Both the position numbers and the translations under genes were made by a program. 16,752 nucleotides of DNA from Chlamydiia bacterium (GTDB lineage Bacteria > Chlamydiota > Chlamydiia > Chlamydiales > JBMOFD01): NCBI GenBank assembly GCA_049314435.1, contig JBMOFD010000038.1:1-16752 (forward strand), read 5' to 3'. Numbering within the stretch: position 1 is the stretch's first letter; each line of letters opens with the position of its first letter. Shown here piece after piece: positions 1 to 6,372 of this stretch. A model generated the notes under the pieces. The model searched no databases. It saw only the letters and a list, made by a program, of their open reading frames with translations, and was not told where the DNA came from.

Positions 1-1130
1 ATCGCACGTAAGACCATCTTCTTGCCCATCACCTCGGCGATCCAGCAACCGTTCTCTGCCGCTGAGAACTCCATCAGTTCGCGAAAGGACTCTCGTTCGA
101 TGGCCCTAGGCGGAACTCCCCAGGATCCGTCCCCAAGATAGATCGTCCCTCTCACAGCAGGCTCGCCATGCTTAAGGGGCTTTGTCCTCTTGAGCGCATG
201 GTGATGATGCTCGAATGCCACCTCGACTTCTTCTTTCTCCAAGACAGGAGCCCAATGTTTTCGCACCTCAGCCGACTTGGTTGAGGACGCATCTCGACAT
301 GCGTAGGCGGGAACGTGATAGACCGCACACCGGAACGCCTGCGTGCGTCGCTGGCTGAGCGCCGCTTGCAACCACTCTGTCTGAGCACCAGCTACAGCAT
401 GACAATGGCCACTGTCTAGGAGCAGCAGCGATAGCGCTGTGCCAATATCGAGGGCCCTTATGGGAGAGTCATCAGGGAAGTCAAAAAGCGCAAAGAAATG
501 CGGTGCTGCGGTTCTCTCCTGACCATAACCACCATCGACCTCGTGATTACCCAGCACAGGCACTACGGGAATGAGATCCCCTTTTGCCGTCACCATGAGA
601 TCTTGCCACTCTCGCAGCCAAACCTCCCAACGCGGCCATGCGTTTGCTCGACCTCGGCAGTAAGCAAGATCTCCACCCGCGACCACGAAGTGAGGTTCCT
701 CCTCAGCCACTGCTTTGGCCATGCTTCGGAACTTTGAGGGACGCCACTCACAGCGCATGTCGCCCCCGACCGCAAACTTCACGCAGGCTTTGGTCGGGTC
801 GGGTACGGTACGGAACGTGTAGGACTTCTCCTCCTCTCCAAACCGAAACTCATAGCGCGCTCCAGGGGAAAGTCCCGTCAGTCTGACACAGTGCACATCT
901 CTCTTAGCAGGGTCCCACACCTTGGTCTTGGACGCTCCGGCGACCCATTGGCCCTGTCCCACGAGTCTGACCTGGAAGGGAAAAGCCTCCTCGCCCGCGG
1001 GCTGATGCCACAGCACAGAGACCGTATGCCTGGGATCTCCTGTGTAGTTGAGGTAGAGAGCCAATGGCTCTGCAGCACCCAACCAGGAGGCCAAGAGGCA
1101 TCCCACCATCCAGCTCGTTCGAGGCCACAT
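1..1130 (-). CDS. Secreted purple acid phosphatase-like metallophosphoesterase (FN3-like N-terminal domain plus calcineurin-like domain); 3' end lies beyond the left edge
   Basis: Not in the ORF track. Hand translation from ATG 1130 is open to base 1: MWPRTSWMVGCLLASWLGAAEPLALYLNYTGDP (signal-like), HCVRLTGLSPGARYEFRF (FN3/PAP N-domain), FAVGGD, VVAGGDLAY, PVLGNHE, AVYHVP, FEHHHHALKRT, YLGDGSWG. The start overlaps the aroC stop (TGATG). Confidence 0.9.
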   Translation of the reverse strand, partial: MWPRTSWMVGCLLASWLGAAEPLALYLNYTGDPRHTVSVLWHQPAGEEAFPFQVRLVGQGQWVAGASKTKVWDPAKRDVHCVRLTGLSPGARYEFRFGEEEKSYTFRTVPDPTKACVKFAVGGDMRCEWRPSKFRSMAKAVAEEEPHFVVAGGDLAYCRGRANAWPRWEVWLREWQDLMVTAKGDLIPVVPVLGNHEVDGGYGQERTAAPHFFALFDFPDDSPIRALDIGTALSLLLLDSGHCHAVAGAQTEWLQAALSQRRTQAFRCAVYHVPAYACRDASSTKSAEVRKHWAPVLEKEEVEVAFEHHHHALKRTKPLKHGEPAVRGTIYLGDGSWGVPPRAIERESFRELMEFSAAENGCWIAEVMGKKMVLRA

Positions 1131-2278
1131 CAGCTAAGACTCTCCTGCATAGCCGACCTCTCCTCCGCCACACGGTGAGGCACGAGCCTCTGCCGTAGAG
1201 CAGCCTCCATCAAAGTCCAGGCTAAAAGCGATCGTACCACCGGAACGGCTCGAATGGCCACACAGGGATCGTGTCGAGATCCAGGCGGTACCCCGATCGA
1301 GGTAGCCTCCCCGCTTAAAGTACAGGTCGGGGTGGGAATGCGAATGCTCGAGGCGGGCTTGAAGGCGGTTCGACAAAAGAGCGGCTCACCTGTCGAAATC
1401 CCAGCCAAAACTCCTCCAGCATGGTTGCTTTCCCACGCAACACCACCACCTTTGCCAGGGACAAAGGCATCGTTATGCTGACTGCCTCTCATCGACGCGG
1501 CTTGGAAGCCCTCGCCCATCTCAAAGCCTTTGCTCGCAGGCAAACTCATCATTGCATGAGCCAGCTGCGCCTCTAACTTCTGATACATCGGATCCCCCCA
1601 ACCTGCTGGGACTCCTACAGCCCAGGCCGCAACAACGCCTCCAAGGGAATCCCCTTCCTCCATGACGCGCTCTAACAACGCAATAGCCTGGCTACAGAAT
1701 CCCTCATCCTGGGCGTAGAGAGCGGAGGCGCCGATCTGCTCCCTCCACGCACGCGCCTCCTCCGCCCCAGCAGGCATGGCCCTCGCGCCTTGTAGGGTGC
1801 CCACCTGATCCAGATAAGCTCCACATACGACGCCCAGCCCCGCCAACCATTGCTCCGCTAAGGCGCCGGCTACGACCCGCACCGCGGTTTCACGCGCGCT
1901 AGCACGTCCACCACCCGCCGCATCGAAGACCCTATACTTGGCCAAGTAGCTCCAAGTGGCGTGACCAGGCCGGTAAACACTCTGTAGTGTCTGATAAGAC
2001 TCTCTCTTCACATCTTGGTTTTTGATCCAAAAAGCGATGGGAGCGCCTGTGGTCCGACCGTCAAGCAGGCCGCTTAACCACTCCACCTGGTCAGATTCTT
2101 TCCGAGGACTAGTCCAGGGCGTCCGTCCAGGAGCCCTCTCCTCCATGGCCCTCTGTACTGCCTCAAAGTCGACCGGAAACCCAGCCGGGAACCCATCAAT
2201 GACGCCCCCAATCCCCGGTCCGTGCGATTCCCCAAACGTGGTCAGAGCGAGGATCTCGCCTAAACGATTGGATGCCAT
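1130..2278 (-). CDS. aroC: Chorismate synthase
   Basis: Family signatures TTFGESHG, RPGHA, GGGRASARETA, SNHAGGVLAGIS, FKPASSI and RHDPCVAIRAVPVV; 382 aa. Confidence 0.98.
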   Translation of the reverse strand: MASNRLGEILALTTFGESHGPGIGGVIDGFPAGFPVDFEAVQRAMEERAPGRTPWTSPRKESDQVEWLSGLLDGRTTGAPIAFWIKNQDVKRESYQTLQSVYRPGHATWSYLAKYRVFDAAGGGRASARETAVRVVAGALAEQWLAGLGVVCGAYLDQVGTLQGARAMPAGAEEARAWREQIGASALYAQDEGFCSQAIALLERVMEEGDSLGGVVAAWAVGVPAGWGDPMYQKLEAQLAHAMMSLPASKGFEMGEGFQAASMRGSQHNDAFVPGKGGGVAWESNHAGGVLAGISTGEPLFCRTAFKPASSIRIPTPTCTLSGEATSIGVPPGSRHDPCVAIRAVPVVRSLLAWTLMEAALRQRLVPHRVAEERSAMQESLS

Positions 2279-2315
2279 CGAAACCCCATTTTTAGCTTTT
2301 GCGTCTTATAACCTT

Positions 2316-3827
2316 TCACGTCGAATGGCCCGCAAGAACGGCAGAACCCTGCCACGACTTGGCGTCTGGCGTTAGGTCTAGCGATTCTAAGATCATTGGC
2401 CACACAGTAGATCCCTTGACGGAGCCTTCTGTCCAGATCTCTGCTTGCATCGTCGACAAGCGAACAAAGATTTCCACACCGGAGATCAGCGTGGCGCCTC
2501 GCTGTCGGCACTGAGCTGCAAAGGGTGTTTCCCGTTGTACCATCTCGACGACGATGTGTCGTTCATCGATCCAATCTGTCTGCATCGGCACGAGATCGTT
2601 CTTGAACCCGCAGGTCGTAGATTGTACGACGGCATTGATGTCAGAGGCTAGGCTCTCTACGGCTGCGTAGTGCACACACGCGCCCAAATGAGCCAGCTCC
2701 CGTCTATAGCGATCTGGGGTGCGCGAAGCAAAGAGCGGCTCCATCCCCGCGTTCCTGCAAGAAGCTGCGCACGCTCGGGCCACTCCGCCCGTTCCTAGGA
2801 TAAGGACTCGACCTGGTGAACAGCAGGAACGGGCGGCTAGGGCGTCCAACACTGCTGGACCATCCGTATTGAACCCGCGGGCCTCGCCGTTGGACATCAG
2901 GAACGTATTGACGGCCCCCGAGCTCTGGGCAATTGGATCGACCCAATCCATGCCGCTGTAGGCCACTTGCTTCAGCGGTGTCGTGATCGCTCCACCGGAG
3001 AGAAGACTCCGAAGACGCGGCCATGCGCTCTGCCACTCCGCTGCAGGCACCCGGAATGTTCCATAGCGGGCGGGGTAGGCCGTCCTTCCCATCCAGCAAT
3101 TGTGCACGACGGGCCCACGACTCTGCTCTACGGGATCTCCTAGGAGGACGAAGGCTTTGGCGGCAGATCGAGATCCTTGCCAGTACTGCTGTTCCAGTTT
3201 CTCGATCCCAATCTGTCCAGGAATCCAGGGCTGCGACGGAGCATAGGTCCAGGGCTGCTTCCAGTTGGCAGCCCAGATGCGCTGCATCGCTCCCCACTCC
3301 CCTTGGGGCTGAAAGAGGACAGGACGATCCGGGGATAATCGCCACTGCTCTTGGATCCAAGACTCCCAGGCCAGCCATTGAGACAATTTTGGACACTGAG
3401 GAGCCACCTTCCATAGATCACCCCGAGGCCAAAGACGGAGCTGCGGAGGAGACACATCGGCATGGGTCGAGCGCAAGACGCGTAACGTTGGCCTGAGCTG
3501 GAGTATGTCACCGACAAGACTGTCAGGCAGATGCCATGGGAGATCAATCCAGTCGATGTTCCAGGACGAGCATTCTTGGAGACCTTGTAGGATCTGTTCG
3601 GTGGATTGGATGGCCCATCGCACATCAGTGAATACAATCGCATTCCCCATCAACTGATGTTGCAGCGAGGGCCACACCTGCCTCAGCTCATGATCCCATA
3701 GATCCACTCGCAGCTCCCACAGATCAGCTGATGCCTTGGAGAGCTCCATCTGGCGCGACAGTTCAGTAGGTGTGGGTCCCGTTAGAATGGCACAGATACG
3801 TTGGACATGACCATCAGCACACATCAC
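2316..3827 (-). CDS. aroDE: Bifunctional type I 3-dehydroquinate dehydratase / shikimate dehydrogenase (AroD-AroE fusion)
   Basis: N-terminal DHQase I motifs ELRVD, STH (catalytic His), WKVA (Schiff-base Lys), G..G..QR, PGQ. C-terminal SDH motifs GDPV.QS..P..HN, T.PLK, GAVNT, NTDG, GTGGVARA. Start is GTG 3827 or ATG 3824, preceded by AGGGG. Confidence 0.9.
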   Translation of the reverse strand: MMCADGHVQRICAILTGPTPTELSRQMELSKASADLWELRVDLWDHELRQVWPSLQHQLMGNAIVFTDVRWAIQSTEQILQGLQECSSWNIDWIDLPWHLPDSLVGDILQLRPTLRVLRSTHADVSPPQLRLWPRGDLWKVAPQCPKLSQWLAWESWIQEQWRLSPDRPVLFQPQGEWGAMQRIWAANWKQPWTYAPSQPWIPGQIGIEKLEQQYWQGSRSAAKAFVLLGDPVEQSRGPVVHNCWMGRTAYPARYGTFRVPAAEWQSAWPRLRSLLSGGAITTPLKQVAYSGMDWVDPIAQSSGAVNTFLMSNGEARGFNTDGPAVLDALAARSCCSPGRVLILGTGGVARACAASCRNAGMEPLFASRTPDRYRRELAHLGACVHYAAVESLASDINAVVQSTTCGFKNDLVPMQTDWIDERHIVVEMVQRETPFAAQCRQRGATLISGVEIFVRLSTMQAEIWTEGSVKGSTVWPMILESLDLTPDAKSWQGSAVLAGHST

Positions 3828-3971
3828 GAATCCCCTGAGTTCCGGGGCCCGATTGTACTCCCTCGAGTTGAAATCGCATAACCGCTGGCGGCCGAGCCCA
3901 GTGAGTGGCTGTTTGTGGCGGAGGCGGGTGACCTGGGCTGCGGTAGCCGCCCAGGAGTGGAGCTTGCCGAG

Positions 3972-5267
3972 CTAGAGCTCGCAAGCGACTTGTGTTGAAA
4001 AATGACCCTGCCTGCTCCGCCATAGGTACACAGGGATGCCACTCGCCACGAAGAGCAGCGACAATCCCGCCACCATGGGGGAATTGCAGGCGATCATCGC
4101 CAAGCAGAAGAGGAGAGCGCCCGCTCCTAAGACTCCGTGTTTGACCGAGACTCCGCCAGCTTCTCGGCTGAGGATCTTCAAGAACGCAACGACGCAAGCC
4201 CCATACACAAAGAGGAAGGTCGTCACGCTGATGTCAATCACCCAATTGATCTGCGCTCCCAAACTGGGGTCGAGTGTGAACAGCAACATAGGAATGATCC
4301 CCAAGGAACTGATCAGCAACCCAAAGAGAGGTGCCCCATGCCGATTGGTCTTTTGGAAGATCGCTGGGAAGAGCCCATCCTGCGCCGCACCAGCCGCAAT
4401 CTGACCACTCGTGAGAATCCAGGCATTGAGCGTCCCTACACAAACGAGGAAGGCCATCAACCCAATAACCAGGTCCCACCCAGTACCCATCATCATCCGG
4501 GCTGCGTCCGCGTAAGGGGCTGAAGAGGCTGCCAGCTGTGCAGAGGGTATGAGCCCCATGACTCCTACGCTATTCAACATGTAGAGCAGCGCTACAAATA
4601 CCGTCCCAAAGACAACGGCCCTAGGGATTGTTTTAGCGGGCTGGTCGACTGCTCCTGCGGCTGTGGTGGCTGTTTCGATGCCGATGAAGCCCCAGAAGGT
4701 CAGCGCCACAGCTCCAGGGAACATCGACCAGACCTGGTCGGCCGGCGGAGCCGCAAGATGCTCACTCTGGAAGTACCATAGCCCCATCAGGGGGATGAGA
4801 ATTAGAGGTAGAACCTTCAGAAGGCTGAGATAGAATTCAGCGCGACCTGCGGACTGCACTCCCCTCAGATTAAGGGCCGTCACAGTCAAGAGAAGGGCAA
4901 TCTCCATGCCTAGCATCGTCAGAGGGCCGGAGCGGCCCAACAGAGGCGTTAGGTAGCCAATCGCTGCGATCAGAACAGCTGTCGTACTAACCCAAGAGAT
5001 CACCCAATAGGTCCACGCCATAAAGAACGCAGCTCGGCGCCCAAAGGCCTGCTTGATGAACGTATGTGGGCCACCTGCCCGGCTTACCCTCATGGATAGT
5101 TGAGCAAACACAAGGGCAAGAAGCACTGCGCCTACACCAGACACGGCCCATCCTAAAAAGGCCAGCGTTCCATAGCTCGCCAAGCTGACCGGTGACATGA
5201 AAACGCCGGAACCCACCTGACTCCCAATGACGAGCCCTAGAACCGACCAAAAACCCATTTTCGACAC
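3972..5267 (-). CDS. APC-family amino acid permease (AdiC/PotE/ArcD-like); substrate unknown
   Basis: About 12 hydrophobic segments; TM1 GSGVF, AGGPHTF loop, TM6 FWGFIGIE, P.KTIPRA. GTG start with a strong GAGGTG RBS. Confidence 0.93.
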   Translation of the reverse strand: MSKMGFWSVLGLVIGSQVGSGVFMSPVSLASYGTLAFLGWAVSGVGAVLLALVFAQLSMRVSRAGGPHTFIKQAFGRRAAFFMAWTYWVISWVSTTAVLIAAIGYLTPLLGRSGPLTMLGMEIALLLTVTALNLRGVQSAGRAEFYLSLLKVLPLILIPLMGLWYFQSEHLAAPPADQVWSMFPGAVALTFWGFIGIETATTAAGAVDQPAKTIPRAVVFGTVFVALLYMLNSVGVMGLIPSAQLAASSAPYADAARMMMGTGWDLVIGLMAFLVCVGTLNAWILTSGQIAAGAAQDGLFPAIFQKTNRHGAPLFGLLISSLGIIPMLLFTLDPSLGAQINWVIDISVTTFLFVYGACVVAFLKILSREAGGVSVKHGVLGAGALLFCLAMIACNSPMVAGLSLLFVASGIPVYLWRSRQGHFSTQVACEL

Positions 5268-5322
5268 AATTCACCTCTTGTTGTTTGTCTCTATCGGGAA
5301 ATGCAGAAGCAATGAGAAATGA

Positions 5323-5339
5323 AAGGCCTAAACGGCCTT
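5323..5339 (-). promoter_or_regulatory. Palindrome/hairpin AAGGCC-N5-GGCCTT in the permease 5' region (attenuator-like hairpin or operator)
   Basis: Minus strand reads AAGGCC GTTTA GGCCTT, followed by pyrimidine-rich TCATTTCTC. Confidence 0.4.
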
Positions 5340-5384
5340 ATTGGGAGAGTTCTTGCGGACTAGGAAGAAAGATAGATGATCCAT
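5328..5384 (-). CDS. Putative 18-aa leader peptide MDHLSFFLVRKNSPNKAV
   Basis: ATG 5384 to TAG 5328, just downstream of a predicted promoter; tandem TTC TTC (Phe-Phe); the stop codon overlaps the hairpin loop. No clear RBS. Confidence 0.3.
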   Translation of the reverse strand: MDHLSFFLVRKNSPNKAV

Positions 5385-5394
5385 ACTACTCGGT

Positions 5395-5423
5395 AGTTTA
5401 TCACGGGCTCTCTTTCCTATAAA
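5395..5423 (-). promoter_or_regulatory. Putative sigma70/sigma66 promoter for the permease(-aro) unit
   Basis: TTTATA-N17-TAAACT with an extended -10 (TGa TAAACT). Confidence 0.5.
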
Positions 5424-5470
5424 ACGCCAAGTATTTTCTATGAAAGAGCCGTGCCGCGTAAAAGCTTCCG

Positions 5471-6058
5471 CTATTTGGAAGCTTTGGCTTTGGCCGCAGC
5501 CTTCTTCTCGCGTCGATCTTGGATGGTTCCCTGCCCCGAGATCTTGCCGATCAGAGCGCCTGTACCTTTTAGAACCACCACTACTCGAGCTCCCTCCGCT
5601 ACGATCACATTTCTGGCGACGGTGTTTTCTAGAACAATCTTGGCTTTCCCGATCCAGCGAGCAAAGAACTTGAGGAACCGGTGGCGATAGACTGGAGGCT
5701 CAACGCGAATATCTTGCACACGGCATTTAGTGAGAGTGAGGTAGCCACCCGCCATGCAATACAGATCACCCTGGAATACAGACTCCTTGGCCATCAGCTG
5801 GCCAGCTGATGCACAAGGGCCTTCGATCTTCACATCGGTGAACTCTGCTCGCCCCTGGATCTGCACCCCTCTTTCGAAGCGAACACGTTCCGCATGCAGG
5901 GTTCCATTCACCATGCAAGGCTGACAAAGACGGGTGAAGTCCTTAGCTCCGGGCCCGCCCAGCCCAACTGTACCGTTTACGAGGAGCGGTTCGATCACCA
6001 CGCCTGTTCTGGCGACTGCGCCTTGAATGAATTGACTCGGATCTAGAGGGGAGGCCAT
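5471..6058 (-). CDS. Hypothetical beta-solenoid (bactofilin-like beta-helix) protein
   Basis: 195 aa with recurring short beta-strand/Gly turns (LVNGTV, MVNGTL, QIQGRA, KIEGPC, VFQGDL, LIGKISG) and a basic Lys/Ala tail. Confidence 0.6.
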   Translation of the reverse strand: MASPLDPSQFIQGAVARTGVVIEPLLVNGTVGLGGPGAKDFTRLCQPCMVNGTLHAERVRFERGVQIQGRAEFTDVKIEGPCASAGQLMAKESVFQGDLYCMAGGYLTLTKCRVQDIRVEPPVYRHRFLKFFARWIGKAKIVLENTVARNVIVAEGARVVVVLKGTGALIGKISGQGTIQDRREKKAAAKAKASK

Positions 6059-6320
6059 GGCACTTCTCGAAATTTCTGCCCGACCCGAGGAGAAATCTTA
6101 CAATTTAGAGTCGTTCACACCCCGGCTCTCTGCGCGGACCTCGCTTCTAAAGAGGGGTCGATCTCCCTAAAACAGAGGGTCCATGGCCGGGCCCCGGTAT
6201 TGTATCCAGCCCGCCTCCCACAGGCAAGAGATTGCTCCTTGCTTCAAGAGGCGCGGCTCCTCGGGATAGCGGATATTTTTAATAACCAAAATAATTTTCG
6301 CATTACGGTCTAATGTATGA

Positions 6321-6349
6321 TTGCCTCTGTAACAGGTTGTATATAAACT
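6321..6349 (+). promoter_or_regulatory. Putative sigma70/sigma66 promoter of the large effector-like gene
   Basis: TTGCCT-N17-TAAACT with AT-rich DNA upstream (about 6273-6300); supports the ATG at 6373 rather than 6313. Confidence 0.6.
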
Positions 6350-6372
6350 GGAACGTTAATGAGAGGGAAAAT

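Noticed and set aside
152..1178. Short ORF-track entries in the first 1.2 kb, and the expectation of aroK/aroA there
   Set aside because: All overlap a single open minus-strand frame (1130 to <1) carrying metallophosphoesterase motifs; no shikimate kinase or EPSP synthase motifs were seen.
3932..3955. GC-rich stem CCTGGGC...GCCCAGG after the permease stop
   Set aside because: No U-tract, and 7-bp stems are common at this GC content; not enough to call a terminator.
5440..5456. Sigma54-like CGGCAC-N5-TTTCA on the minus strand
   Set aside because: Lacks the invariant -12 GC dinucleotide.
6313..6372. ORF-track N-terminal extension MYDCLCNRLYINWNVNEREN
   Set aside because: Overlaps a good -35/-10 promoter; the RBS sits in front of ATG 6373.
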